A stretch of DNA of 64,000 nucleotides from Alphaproteobacteria bacterium (GCA_947467345.1 CANIHD010000011.1:15319-79318); one strand, 5' to 3'; counted from the stretch's first letter, positions 47,068 through 57,190 are shown. Numbers and translations are program-made. The notes: generated from the sequence alone by a model not told the origin.

Positions 47068-47975
47068 GGCGTTCCGAATTTTTTCTCGTTCTTTGCGTTG
47101 CGTTAGCAGGCTGTTCTCAGCCGCAAGACGAAGGCTGGCTTGGCTATGTCGAGGCCGAGACGGCCTATATCGCGCCGCCGCAAGGCGGCTGGATCACCGC
47201 CATCAATGTGACGCGCGGGAGCGCGGTGAAGCTCGGCGACTCGCTGTTTACGCTCGATTCCGAGCGCGCAACTGCCACGCAGGCGGGCGCGACGGCACAG
47301 ATCGAAGGCGCCCGCGCCGCTGAAGAGCAAGCGACCGCAACCATCGCGCAAGCCACCGCGCGCCGTGCCGAAATCGACGCGACGATTGTGAGGACGCGAG
47401 CCGAATTGGAGCGCCAGCGCGAGCTGGTGCGCATTGGCGCTAGCCCACGCCGCGATTTGGAAGCCGCGCAAGCCGCTTATGACGGCGCGGCCGCCGCCCG
47501 CAACCAGGCGACTGCGCAATCCAGTCAGGCGCAGGCGCAAGTGGCGCAAGCGCGCGCGCAGCAGCGCCAAGCTACGGCGGGGCTTTCCACCGCTGAGACC
47601 AATTTGAATGAGCGCGACGTGCGCGCACGCGTTGCTGGCCGGGTGGAAAACATTTTCTTCCGGCAGGGCGAATACGCTACCCCAGGAACGCCGGTTATCG
47701 CCATCTTGCCGGCGGAGAATCTCTTCGTTCGATTCTTCATTCCAGAAGAAGCGCTCTCCAGCGTTCAGCTTGGTTCGCGCGTGCGCATTGCTTGCGATGG
47801 CTGCGCTGACAATGTGACGGCATGCGTGAGCTTCATCGCGACGGAAGCTGAGTTCACGCCGCCGATCATCTACAGCGTGAACAACCGGAGGAAATTGGTG
47901 TTCAAAGCGGAAGCGCGCGCACCCGGTCTCAATTTGCGCCCAGGACTGCCCGTAAACGTGACGCTGCAGCCATGA
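47064..47975 (+). CDS. HlyD-family periplasmic adaptor
   Basis: Lipobox-like 'LCVALAGCS', a coiled-coil Ala/Gln-rich hairpin, and a beta-barrel C-terminus. Confidence 0.88.
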   Translation: MRRSEFFLVLCVALAGCSQPQDEGWLGYVEAETAYIAPPQGGWITAINVTRGSAVKLGDSLFTLDSERATATQAGATAQIEGARAAEEQATATIAQATARRAEIDATIVRTRAELERQRELVRIGASPRRDLEAAQAAYDGAAAARNQATAQSSQAQAQVAQARAQQRQATAGLSTAETNLNERDVRARVAGRVENIFFRQGEYATPGTPVIAILPAENLFVRFFIPEEALSSVQLGSRVRIACDGCADNVTACVSFIATEAEFTPPIIYSVNNRRKLVFKAEARAPGLNLRPGLPVNVTLQP

Positions 47976-48910
47976 ACAATGCCACGCCGGGAACGGCTTT
48001 TGCCATTGATGTGCGCGGGCTGAAGAAACGCTTCGGCAAAAAGATCGCTGTCGATGGCGTCGATATTCAAGTGCCGGAAGGCGAGGTCTGGGGTTTTCTC
48101 GGACCGAATGGCAGTGGCAAGACCACCACCATACGCATGTTGTGTGGACTCTTACGGCCCGATGCCGGCGAAGGCACCTGCATCGGATATGACGTGCTGC
48201 GCGAGCCGGAAAAAATCAAACGCGAAGTCGGCTACATGACGCAGAAATTTTCCTATTGGGAAGATCTGTCTATCCGGGAGAATTTGGATTTCGTAGCACG
48301 CGTATACGGGCTCGATAACCGCAAGCAGCGCGTGCAGGACACGCTGAAACGGCTGGGATTAAGCGAGCGCCAGAACCAGCTGGCGGGCGAGCTTTCCGGC
48401 GGCTGGAAACAACGCATGGCGCTGGCCGCCTGCATGCTGCACGAGCCACGTCTGTTGTTGCTCGACGAACCGACCGCCGGCGTCGATCCGCAGGCGCGGC
48501 GCGACTTTTGGGAAGAGATCCATCTTCTGTCGCGCGAGGGTCTGACCGTCCTCGTCACCACGCATTACATGGACGAGGCGGAGCGTTGCGATAAAATCGT
48601 CTATATCAGCGCCGGCCGCGTGGTGACGCGCGGCACCGTGCGCGAAGTCATCGAACAATCTGGCCTTGTCACCTTCGTGATCGGTGGACCCGATGTGCGG
48701 CGCTTTATTCCGCAGCTCGAAGGCGCACCCGGTGTGGAGCATGTGGCGTTCTTCGGCGCGCTTCTGCATGTCAGCGGTTATGACCGTAACCTGCTAAGCG
48801 CAGCTTTAGCGCCGCTGAAAAACATCTCAGGGTTGGAGATTTCCGAAACCGCCCCCAGTCTGGAAGATGTCTTCATCGACCTGCAACGCCCGCGCCGGCA
48901 AGCCGCATGA
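47972..48910 (+). CDS. ABC transporter ATP-binding protein
   Basis: Walker A 'GPNGSGKTT', signature 'LSGGWKQR', Walker B 'LLLDEPTAGVD'. Confidence 0.92.
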   Translation: MNNATPGTAFAIDVRGLKKRFGKKIAVDGVDIQVPEGEVWGFLGPNGSGKTTTIRMLCGLLRPDAGEGTCIGYDVLREPEKIKREVGYMTQKFSYWEDLSIRENLDFVARVYGLDNRKQRVQDTLKRLGLSERQNQLAGELSGGWKQRMALAACMLHEPRLLLLDEPTAGVDPQARRDFWEEIHLLSREGLTVLVTTHYMDEAERCDKIVYISAGRVVTRGTVREVIEQSGLVTFVIGGPDVRRFIPQLEGAPGVEHVAFFGALLHVSGYDRNLLSAALAPLKNISGLEISETAPSLEDVFIDLQRPRRQAA

Positions 48911-50055
48911 GCGCGCGCAACGCCACGCAAGGATTCTCGCCGGCGCGTGTCATCGCGGTGCTGGTGAAGGAATTCATTCAGATGCGGCGCGACCGCTTCA
49001 CCTTCTCCATCATGGTGATGGTGCCGACGATGCAGCTTCTTCTGTTTGGCTTCGCCATCAATTCCGATCCGCGTGCTCTGCCGACCGCCGTGCACATTGC
49101 CGACGAAGGCCGCTATGCGCGCTCCATTTTGGCGGCGTTGCGCAATTCCGATTATTTCGATTTACGCGCAACCGCTGCAACCCCGGCTGACGCCGAGCGC
49201 ATGCTCAATGACGGCGATGTCGCCTTCGTCATCACCATTCCGACGGATTTCACACGCGATATCGTGCGCGGAGCTTCACCGCAGCTTCTGCTTGAAGCGG
49301 ACGCCACTGATCCTGCTGCCGCGTCCAATGCTGTGGCCGCCTTCAATATGTTGACCGAAAACGCGTTGAGCGACGATCTCGTCGGTCCGCTTGGGAAACG
49401 CAAAGCTCCGCCGGCGTTTACCGCCGTCGTGCATCGGCTCTACAACCCCGACGGCATCACCCATTATAACATCGTGCCCGGTCTCATAGGCGTCATTCTC
49501 ACCATGACCATGGTGATGGTGACCGCGATGGCGATGACGCGTGAGCGCGAACGCGGCACGTTCGAGAATCTTCTCGCCATGCCTGTGCATCCGTTCGAGG
49601 TCATGCTGGGGAAAATCATTCCGTATATCGTGGTTGGCTATGTGCAGGTGACGCTGGTGCTGCTCGGCGCGCGCTATATTTTCCACGTACCGATGCTGGG
49701 TTCGCTGCTCTTGCTCGGCTCGGCTATCGGCGTGTTCATTGCCGCCAATCTCGCGCTCGGGTTCACCTTTTCGACCATCGCCCGCAATCAATTGCAGGCG
49801 ATGCAGATGACCGTGTTCTTTCTCCTGCCCTCGATCCTTTTGTCCGGGTTTATGTTCCCCTTCCGCGGCATGCCGCATTGGGCGCAAGCCATCAGCGAGA
49901 TCCTTCCCAACACGCATTTTCAGCGTGTTGTGCGCGGCATTCTGCTCAAGGGAAATGGCTTTGCCGAGATCTGGCCCAATATCTGGCCTTTGCTTCTCTT
50001 CCTCGGCGCGATCGGTACGCTGGCCATGCTGCGCTACCGCCGGACCCTCGATTAG
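48907..50055 (+). CDS. ABC-2 type transporter permease
   Basis: 382 aa with a large periplasmic loop followed by 5 C-terminal TM helices. Coupled to the ATPase gene. Confidence 0.9.
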   Translation: MSARNATQGFSPARVIAVLVKEFIQMRRDRFTFSIMVMVPTMQLLLFGFAINSDPRALPTAVHIADEGRYARSILAALRNSDYFDLRATAATPADAERMLNDGDVAFVITIPTDFTRDIVRGASPQLLLEADATDPAAASNAVAAFNMLTENALSDDLVGPLGKRKAPPAFTAVVHRLYNPDGITHYNIVPGLIGVILTMTMVMVTAMAMTRERERGTFENLLAMPVHPFEVMLGKIIPYIVVGYVQVTLVLLGARYIFHVPMLGSLLLLGSAIGVFIAANLALGFTFSTIARNQLQAMQMTVFFLLPSILLSGFMFPFRGMPHWAQAISEILPNTHFQRVVRGILLKGNGFAEIWPNIWPLLLFLGAIGTLAMLRYRRTLD

Positions 50056-50146
50056 GCCTGGATTAGGCACTCGAAGAACGTCGTTAACCGCCCGTTAACA
50101 ACTCCCGGACTTCCATCAGCCCTTCGTGGGCAGGCGGAAACTCGCA

Positions 50147-50716
50147 ATGCGTCTTCGTGCCATTCATCGGGCACTTCTTGTTTTCGTGGCGGCAAGTGCC
50201 GGCGCATGCACGACGTCGCATATGACGCCGGCCATGATCGCCTATGGCTCTAACCAGCCCACAATAGCGCCGCCACCGACCGACCCCGACCAGCCGGGCT
50301 TTGTGCGGCCGGGTCAGCCGTTCAGCTGCGTGCCCTATGCGCGGCAAGCCTCGGGCATAGGTCTCGTCGGCGATGCCTATACGTGGTGGGACCAAGCCGA
50401 AGGCCGCTACGCGCGCGAAGCCATGCCGCGCTCGGGTACGCTGCTGGTGCTGGTCAACTATGCCGGCCCCAAGCGCGCGCATCTGGCCTATGTCACGCGC
50501 ATTGTTTCGTCGCGTGAAATTCGCATCGATCATGCCAATTGGCTGAACGATGGCAATATCTATCTCAACTCGCCGGTCATCGATGTGAGCGCGGCCAATG
50601 ACTGGACCGAGGTTCGCGTCTGGAACAATCGCGACGGGCATATGGGTATCAAGACCTACAATGTGCGGGGCTTCATCACCCCGTTTCAGATCGCTGCCCT
50701 GCCGCCCTTCAGCTGA
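50147..50716 (+). CDS. CHAP domain lipoprotein (cysteine peptidase/amidase fold)
   Basis: Lipobox-like 'FVAASAGAC', then 'CVPYARQASG...HLAYVTRIVSSREIRIDHANW' with Cys/His spacing typical of CHAP. Confidence 0.8.
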   Translation: MRLRAIHRALLVFVAASAGACTTSHMTPAMIAYGSNQPTIAPPPTDPDQPGFVRPGQPFSCVPYARQASGIGLVGDAYTWWDQAEGRYAREAMPRSGTLLVLVNYAGPKRAHLAYVTRIVSSREIRIDHANWLNDGNIYLNSPVIDVSAANDWTEVRVWNNRDGHMGIKTYNVRGFITPFQIAALPPFS

Positions 50717-50733
50717 CACAATAGACGTTGCGA

Positions 50734-50830
50734 CCTCATGGTTCGAGACGGCCACTTCGTGGCCTCCTCACCATGAGGCTCTTTAGAGCCTCACCCTTAG
50801 GAGCGCGCGAGCGCGTCTCGAAGCGAGAGG
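50734..50830. repeat. intergenic palindromic repeat, family A
   Basis: 'CCTCATGGTTCGAGACGG...CCTCCTCACCATGAGG' and '...GCGTCTCGAAGCGAGAGG'. Confidence 0.8.
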
Positions 50831-50843
50831 CGATACCCCTCAT

Positions 50844-50900
50844 TGTCATCCCGGGCGCGGTGCAGCGCGCAAGCGATGCACCGCAGACCCGGGATCCAGG
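50844..50900 (+). repeat. family B repeat (CCCGGG-stem variant)
   Basis: 'TGTCATCCCGGGCGCGGTGCAGCGCGCAAGCGATGCACCGCAGACCCGGGATCCAGG'. Confidence 0.85.
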
Positions 50901-50977
50901 TCGCGGCACATGTTGGTGACGCCGGTGTACCCATCTCGCGCCCCCGCGCTATACAGGGGCCGAAGGGGATTCATCGC

Positions 50978-51442
50978 TTGTCCGAAACACCAGACGCAAA
51001 ACTGCCGCTTGCCGGCCGCCGCGATTTTATCGCTGGGGTTTTCCTCATCGCGATTGCGGCGGCGATTGTCTACGCGGCGTTCGATTTGCGCATCGGCACG
51101 CCGGCACGCATGGGTCCCGGCTTCCTGCCTTTGGCACTTGGTATTCTGCTTGGCGTTGCGGGGTTTGCCGTCGCCTTCGCCGCGCGGACAAGCTCCGAGC
51201 CCCTTCCCTCATTCCGAAATCTGCGTCCGCTTGCGGCGCTGCTTTTCGGCTTTCTCGCCTTCGCCTTTCTGATCGATTTTGCCGGCCTCGCCCTTGCCGC
51301 CTTTGCCGCCGTGTTCTCGGCAAGCTTCGCGACACCGGGGCGGCGTTGGCTTGAGGCAGCTGTGTTCTCAGCAGCTTTGGCGGCGTTCGCCGCGCTTCTT
51401 TTTGTCACCGTGCTCGGGATGCCACTGCAGGTGTGGCCGTGA
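50978..51442 (+). CDS. tctB: tripartite tricarboxylate transporter TctB small membrane subunit
   Basis: About 154 aa with 4 TM helices. TTG start chosen downstream of the repeat elements. Overlaps tctA. Confidence 0.7.
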   Translation: MSETPDAKLPLAGRRDFIAGVFLIAIAAAIVYAAFDLRIGTPARMGPGFLPLALGILLGVAGFAVAFAARTSSEPLPSFRNLRPLAALLFGFLAFAFLIDFAGLALAAFAAVFSASFATPGRRWLEAAVFSAALAAFAALLFVTVLGMPLQVWP

Positions 51443-52947
51443 GCGATCTCTTCGGCAATCTCGTCCACGGCTTCGAGGTCGCGCTCAGCCTGCAGAATCT
51501 GGGATTGTGTTTTGTCGGCGCGCTGCTCGGCACGCTGGTGGGTGCGCTGCCTGGCGTCGGACCTATCGCCACCATTGCGCTGCTTCTGCCTATCACCTTC
51601 AAGCTGGATCCTACCGGCGCGCTAATCATGCTCGCCGGCATCTATTACGGCGCTCAATATGGCGGCTCGATCACGGCCATATTGATGAACCTGCCCGGCG
51701 AAATTTCGAGCGTGGTCACAACACTCGACGGCCACGCCATGGCGCGCGATGGCCGCGCGGGCGAAGCACTCACCATCGCCGCCGTGGGCTCCTTCGTCGC
51801 CGGAACGCTCACCACGATCATGATCGCCGTGGCGGCACCGCCGCTTGCCAAGGTGGCGCAGGCTTTTCATCCCGCCGATTATTTCTCGCTGCTGTTTTTT
51901 GGTCTCGTGCTGGCGACGATTCTGGCGCATGGCCCGATGCTGAAAGGCATCGCCATGGTTTTGCTGGGTGTGTTTTTCAGCCTGGTCGGATCGGACGTGG
52001 ACATCGGCGCCATGCGTTACACCCTCGGCTTTCCCGATCTTGCCGACGGCATTGGTTTTGTCCCGCTGGTAATGGGTCTCTTCGGCATTGCCGAGATTGC
52101 CAGCAATCTGGAAAAGAACACCGGACTTTCCGCAAGCCTTAGCGGGCGCATCAGCAAGCTCAGCGTGCCATGGGCGAGCTGGAAACGCGCAATTCCGGCG
52201 ATCTTTCGCGGTACCGGAATCGGCGCGGTGCTCGGCCTGCTTCCCGGCAGCGGCAATATTCTCGGCGCGTTTGCCTCCTATCTTTTGGAAAAGCGCATTT
52301 CCAAAAACCCGAAAGAATTCGGCAAAGGCGCCATTGAAGGCGTGGCCGCGCCCGAGTCCGCGAACAATGCCGGTGCGCAAGCCGCTTTCATTCCGATGCT
52401 GACCTTGGGCATTCCGCCCAATGCCGTACTTGCCATGATGGTGGGGGCGCTCACCATTCACGGAATCACGCCTGGGCCGCAGGTGATTACGACAAACCCG
52501 GATTTGTTTTGGGGCCTTGTCGCCAGCATGTGGTTGGGAAATCTGATGCTGCTCGTCATCAACCTGCCGCTGATCGGCATGTGGGTGAAGCTTCTGGACC
52601 TGCCTTACAAATTCCTCTTTCCTGCCATCGTTCTCTTCTGCTGCGTCGGCGCTTACGCGGTGACCAATTCGGCGTTCGACGTGTATCTAACCGCCTTTTT
52701 CGGCGTGTTCGGCTATTTGCTGTTGAAGCTGGGTTTCGAGCCGGCGCCGCTGGTTCTCGGATTTGTTCTGGGCTCGCCGATGGAAGAAAATTTCCGCCGC
52801 GCGCTTCTTCTATCGCGCGGCGATGCGATGACCTTCATCACCCATCCCATTTCGCTGACGCTGTTAGTCGCGACAATCGCTCTGCTTATCGTGACGCTCA
52901 TGCCGAAAATTGCTCGCTTTCGCGACGACGCAGTCGGCGACAGCTAA
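51433..52947 (+). CDS. tctA: tripartite tricarboxylate transporter TctA large permease
   Basis: 504 aa, polytopic. 'GALPGVGP', 'GIYYGAQYGGSITAILMNLPGE'. Confidence 0.92.
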   Translation: MAVSDLFGNLVHGFEVALSLQNLGLCFVGALLGTLVGALPGVGPIATIALLLPITFKLDPTGALIMLAGIYYGAQYGGSITAILMNLPGEISSVVTTLDGHAMARDGRAGEALTIAAVGSFVAGTLTTIMIAVAAPPLAKVAQAFHPADYFSLLFFGLVLATILAHGPMLKGIAMVLLGVFFSLVGSDVDIGAMRYTLGFPDLADGIGFVPLVMGLFGIAEIASNLEKNTGLSASLSGRISKLSVPWASWKRAIPAIFRGTGIGAVLGLLPGSGNILGAFASYLLEKRISKNPKEFGKGAIEGVAAPESANNAGAQAAFIPMLTLGIPPNAVLAMMVGALTIHGITPGPQVITTNPDLFWGLVASMWLGNLMLLVINLPLIGMWVKLLDLPYKFLFPAIVLFCCVGAYAVTNSAFDVYLTAFFGVFGYLLLKLGFEPAPLVLGFVLGSPMEENFRRALLLSRGDAMTFITHPISLTLLVATIALLIVTLMPKIARFRDDAVGDS

Positions 52948-52971
52948 TTCACTAAGTGTGAGGCAGCCGCG

Positions 52972-53068
52972 TCCTTCGAGACGCGTGCTACACACGCTCC
53001 TCAGGACGAGGTTTGTAATTTCATCCTCGTGGTGAGGAGGGCGCGAAGCGACCGTCTCGAACCACGGG
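52972..53068. repeat. intergenic palindromic repeat, family A
   Basis: 'TCCTTCGAGACGCG...CCTCAGGACGAGG', a spacer, then 'CATCCTCGTGGTGAGGAGG...CCGTCTCGAACCACGGG'. Confidence 0.85.
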
Positions 53069-53081
53069 ACGCGCCTTTCGC

Positions 53082-54050
53082 TTATTCTATTCTAACGCCG
53101 GCGCGGCGAACGATCGGTGCCCAATACGACATTTGCTGATCGCGAAACCGCGCCAATACTTCGGGCATCGAACCGATCACTTCAGCGCCGACCGCGTTTA
53201 AGCGTGTTGCCGTTTCCGCATCGCGCGCGGCCGCCATAGCCGCCCGTGACAGGCGCGCAATTACCGCAGGCGGTGTGCCCTTCGGCGCGAAAATCACCGA
53301 AGAAGTATCGGTGGCAAAATCGGGAAAGCCTTGCTCGGCAAGAGTGCGCACCAGCGGCAATTCTTTGCTGCGGGTTTTTGTAGTCACCGCCAGCGCGCGG
53401 ACATTGCCGGCTTTGATCTGCGGCAGCGCCGCCGGAAGATTGTCGAACACCAGATCGATAACACCGCCCACCAGATCGTTCATGGCCGGCGCGCCGCCGC
53501 GATAGGGAACATGCACCATCTCGATGCCCGCCTGCTGCGCGAACATGACGCCAGAAAGATGCAGCACGGTGCCATTGCCCGACGATCCGTAATTCAATTT
53601 GCCGGGATTTTTCTTGGCGTAGGTCACAAGTTCGGTAATCGAATTTGCCGGCAGATTTTTGCGCACCACCAACACGTTGGGCGTGCGCGTCATCCATGAA
53701 ATTGGCACGAAGTCGCGCACGATGTCGTATTTCAAATTGCGGTAGATCAGCGGATTGATGGCGAAACTCGGCGCCGTATTCATGAGAAGCGTGTAGCCAT
53801 CCGGTTTCGCGCGCGCCACCGTTTCGGTTCCGACCGTGCTGCCGGCGCCGTCGATGGTTTCGACGAACACCGCCTGGCCGAGATCGCAGCTCATGCGGTC
53901 GGCAATGATGCGCGCCAAAATCTCCGCCGTGCCGCCGGGCGCGAACGGCACTACCAGCTTGATCGGCTGGCGCGGATATTCCACTTGCGCCGCTGCAGCC
54001 GGCAACGCGGCGACGAACGAGAGAAACAGGAACAGACCGGCGCGTACCAT
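53082..54050 (-). CDS. Bug/TctC-family periplasmic substrate-binding protein
   Basis: Signal peptide, then 'YPRQPIKLVVPFAPGGTAEILARI' and 'NYGSSGNGTVLHLSG'. Confidence 0.9.
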   Translation of the reverse strand: MVRAGLFLFLSFVAALPAAAAQVEYPRQPIKLVVPFAPGGTAEILARIIADRMSCDLGQAVFVETIDGAGSTVGTETVARAKPDGYTLLMNTAPSFAINPLIYRNLKYDIVRDFVPISWMTRTPNVLVVRKNLPANSITELVTYAKKNPGKLNYGSSGNGTVLHLSGVMFAQQAGIEMVHVPYRGGAPAMNDLVGGVIDLVFDNLPAALPQIKAGNVRALAVTTKTRSKELPLVRTLAEQGFPDFATDTSSVIFAPKGTPPAVIARLSRAAMAAARDAETATRLNAVGAEVIGSMPEVLARFRDQQMSYWAPIVRRAGVRIE

Positions 54051-54053
54051 GAT

Positions 54054-55043
54054 CTATTCGATGCGCGCGCCGGATTGGCGCACGATTGGCGCCCAATAAT
54101 CGAGCTGCTGATCGCGAAAGGCGGCGAGCTCTTCCGGCGTAGAGCCCAACGGCTCAGCGCCAAGATCGGTCAACCGCTTCACCGTTGCGGGATCGCGTAA
54201 CGTAGCACGCCCCGCCTGGTTGAGACGCGCGACAATAGCGGCGGGCGTTCCCTTCGGCGCGAAAATCGCCGCCCATGTGTTGGTGTCGTAAGCGGGATAG
54301 CCCTGCTCGGCGATGGTTTTCAGCATGGGAAGTGCGGGGCTGCGCTGCTTGGTGGTCAATCCCAAAGCCTTCACATTGCCGGCGCGGATTTGCACCAGCG
54401 CCGAGGGAAAATTGTCCCACATCAAATCGATCACGCCAGCGACCAGATCGTTCATCGCCGGTCCCGCGCCGCGATAGGGGATGTGTTGAATCTCGATGCC
54501 GGCCTGCTTCGCCAGGAGCGCGCCCGATAAATGCAGAATGGTGCCGTTGCCCGATGAACCGTAATTGTAGCGGCCGGGATTTTTCTTCGCCAAGGCGATG
54601 AATTCCGCCAGCGTGTTCGCCGGGAAATCTTTGCGCGCAACAAGCACGTTCGGTGTGCGCGTCATCAAAATCACCGGAACGAAGTCGCGGCGCATGTCAT
54701 ATTTCAAATTGGGATAGAGCGCCGAATTGATCGCGCCGGTCGAAGCAGCATGCAGGATCAGCATGTAGCCATCGGGCCGCGCGCGAGCGACCGTCTCACT
54801 TGCAACCGTGCCGCCGGCGCCATCGATGTTCTCGACCACAACTTGCTGCCCAAGATCGGTGCCGAGCCGCGCTGCCAGAATGCGCCCCAAAATATCGGTG
54901 GTGCCGCCCGCCGCGAATGGAATGACAAGCTTCACCGGCTGGCGCGGATAGGTCGGCTGCGCAGCCTCGGCGCGTGTCCCGAGAAGGACGGCGAATAAAG
55001 CCGCGAGAAGGCCGAACACAGGAAAATGAGCTTTCGACATCAA
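54054..55043 (-). CDS. Bug/TctC-family periplasmic substrate-binding protein (tandem paralogue)
   Basis: 'YPRQPVKLVIPFAAGGTTDILGRI' and 'NYGSSGNGTILHLSG'. 3-nt gap to its paralogue. Confidence 0.9.
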   Translation of the reverse strand: MMSKAHFPVFGLLAALFAVLLGTRAEAAQPTYPRQPVKLVIPFAAGGTTDILGRILAARLGTDLGQQVVVENIDGAGGTVASETVARARPDGYMLILHAASTGAINSALYPNLKYDMRRDFVPVILMTRTPNVLVARKDFPANTLAEFIALAKKNPGRYNYGSSGNGTILHLSGALLAKQAGIEIQHIPYRGAGPAMNDLVAGVIDLMWDNFPSALVQIRAGNVKALGLTTKQRSPALPMLKTIAEQGYPAYDTNTWAAIFAPKGTPAAIVARLNQAGRATLRDPATVKRLTDLGAEPLGSTPEELAAFRDQQLDYWAPIVRQSGARIE

Positions 55044-55119
55044 ATACTTCCCCCGAAGACAACGGTCTTGAAGCCATTCCTAACACGATTTCAAATGCTT
55101 AGTAACGCTGCGCCATTTG

Positions 55120-55129
55120 CCCCCCCCCC
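55120..55129. repeat. C10 homopolymer in the divergent tctC-paralogue/kup promoter region
   Basis: Counted directly: 'TTTGCCCCCCCCCCTTCT'. A further C7 run lies at 55221..55227. Confidence 0.9.
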
Positions 55130-55264
55130 TTCTAAGCCCGGGGGAACCGGCGTATTTTCCGCCGCCCTAAAGGATCGGCCATCCGGCCGGTCACGAAACT
55201 GAAAGCCGCCGGGGAGCACACCCCCCCGTCAGCTTCGACGGACGATCAGCGAGCATCATCCCAC

Positions 55265-57190
55265 GTGGCCAGTGTTCCCAATCAAGCGACCACCCGCGCA
55301 AGCAATACCGCTGCACATAGCAGCAAGGGCTTCACTCGACATGAGGCCGCGCTCACTCTTGGCGCGCTCGGTGTCGTCTATGGCGATATCGGCACCAGCC
55401 CGATCTATGCTGTGCGCCAATCGGTGCTGGCGACCGGCGGCGCGATGCCGGCGGACTTCGCCATCATGGGTGCGATCTCGCTCATCCTATGGGCGCTGAC
55501 CATCATCGTCAGCATCAAGTACATGATCTTCGTGCTGCGCGCCGATCACCGCGGCGAAGGCGGCGTGCTGGCACTGGCAGCCTTCGCGCACCGCTCGCAC
55601 GGATTGTCGCGCCGAACCAAATCGATCATCGGCTCGTTTGCCGTTATGGGCTTGGCGCTATTCTTCGGTGATGGGCTTTTGACACCCGCCATTTCCGTGC
55701 TCAGCGCCGTGGAAGGACTTCAGGTCGAAGAGCCTTCTTTAGCGCCGCTCGTCGTTCCGTTTTCGCTGATCATTCTTGTCGGTCTCTTCATGATGCAGAG
55801 CCGAGGGACCGGAAAATTGGGCGTGCTGTTTGGACCGATCATGATCATCTGGTTCACGACACTGGCCGTGCTGGGCGGAATGGCCGTCTTCAAAAATCCG
55901 ATGATCCTGCACGCCCTCAATCCCTATTACGGGCTGCATCTCTTCATCATCGAACCTTGGTCGGCCTTTGTCGCGCTCGGCTCCATCGTTCTTGCCGTCA
56001 CCGGCGTCGAAACGCTTTATGCCGATATCGGCCATTTTGGGCGGCGCCCCATTCGAATGGCGTGGTTGGTGATCGCCTACCCTGCGTTGATTCTGAATTA
56101 TCTCGGCCAAGGCGCCGTGCTGCTGGACGACCCTTCCACCATTCGCCAACCTTTCTTCGAACTGGCGCCCGGCAGCCTCCATTACGCGCTGGTGGGTTTG
56201 GCTACGATGGCGACCATCATCGCCAGCCAGGCGACGATCTCCGGCGTGTTTTCGTTGGTGCAGCAAGCAGTGCAGCTCGGCCAATTGCCGCGCATGGAAA
56301 TTCGCCACACCTCGGCGACCGAGTTCGGACAGGTTTACATCCCGCGCGCCAATTTCCTGATGCTATTCGGCGTCATTGCCATTGTGCTGATCTTCAAAAG
56401 TTCCGACGCGCTCGCCGCCGCCTATGGCATGGCCGTTGTCGGCATGATGACGCTCACGACCGCGCTTCTACTCATTGTGGCCAAGAAAAGATGGAAGATG
56501 AGCACGCCCGCGATCGCGCTCACCATCGGCGTCTTCTTTATCGTCGACCTGGCTTTCTTGAGTTCGGTCTCGCTGAAATTGTTCCAAGGCGCCTGGCTAC
56601 CGCTGGCCATCGCCATTGTCGTTTTCATCTTTATGGACACATGGCGCGTCGGACGGCGCGTACTTACCGACGTGATGTACGGCTCCGGGCTTTCAACCGA
56701 CCGCTTTTTGGAACGCGCGGATAAAACACCGATTCGCGTAGCCGGCACGGCGATATTCGTGACGCCGCGCCTCGACGAAGTTCCCGGCTCGATGCTGCAC
56801 AATCTCAAGCACAATAAGGTTCTGCACGAGCGGGTGATCTTCCTGCGTGTCGACGTGCAGGACATTCCCTATCTGCCGGCGGAAAAACGCCTGACCGTGC
56901 ATAAATTGGGCAAAGGCTTTTTCAGCGTGGAAATCCATTACGGGTTCTTGGACACACCGAACGTTCCGCGCGCGCTCGAAGGGGCCAGGTCTCACGGACT
57001 CTCGATCGATCTCGACGCGACGACATTCTTCATCCGTCGCGAGACGCTGGTCATGTCGCAGCGCTCGCGCATGCGCAAATGGCGCACCAAATTGTTCATG
57101 AAGCTCTACGGCTCAGCGCTTGAAGCGGCACAGTTCTACCATTTGCCGGCCGGACGCGTTGTCGAGTTGGGCTCGCAAACCGAAATCTAA
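55265..57190 (+). CDS. kup: KUP/HAK/KT potassium uptake transporter
   Basis: 'LGALGVVYGDIGTSPIY', 'GEGGVLAL' and 'LYADIGHFG'. GTG start. Confidence 0.95.
   Translation: MASVPNQATTRASNTAAHSSKGFTRHEAALTLGALGVVYGDIGTSPIYAVRQSVLATGGAMPADFAIMGAISLILWALTIIVSIKYMIFVLRADHRGEGGVLALAAFAHRSHGLSRRTKSIIGSFAVMGLALFFGDGLLTPAISVLSAVEGLQVEEPSLAPLVVPFSLIILVGLFMMQSRGTGKLGVLFGPIMIIWFTTLAVLGGMAVFKNPMILHALNPYYGLHLFIIEPWSAFVALGSIVLAVTGVETLYADIGHFGRRPIRMAWLVIAYPALILNYLGQGAVLLDDPSTIRQPFFELAPGSLHYALVGLATMATIIASQATISGVFSLVQQAVQLGQLPRMEIRHTSATEFGQVYIPRANFLMLFGVIAIVLIFKSSDALAAAYGMAVVGMMTLTTALLLIVAKKRWKMSTPAIALTIGVFFIVDLAFLSSVSLKLFQGAWLPLAIAIVVFIFMDTWRVGRRVLTDVMYGSGLSTDRFLERADKTPIRVAGTAIFVTPRLDEVPGSMLHNLKHNKVLHERVIFLRVDVQDIPYLPAEKRLTVHKLGKGFFSVEIHYGFLDTPNVPRALEGARSHGLSIDLDATTFFIRRETLVMSQRSRMRKWRTKLFMKLYGSALEAAQFYHLPAGRVVELGSQTEI

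Noticed and set aside
50843-50977. Long N-terminal extension of tctB starting at 50843.
   Set aside because: The extension is translated from the family-B repeat copy at 50844..50900. A TTG at 50978 yields a normal-sized (about 154 aa) four-helix TctB.
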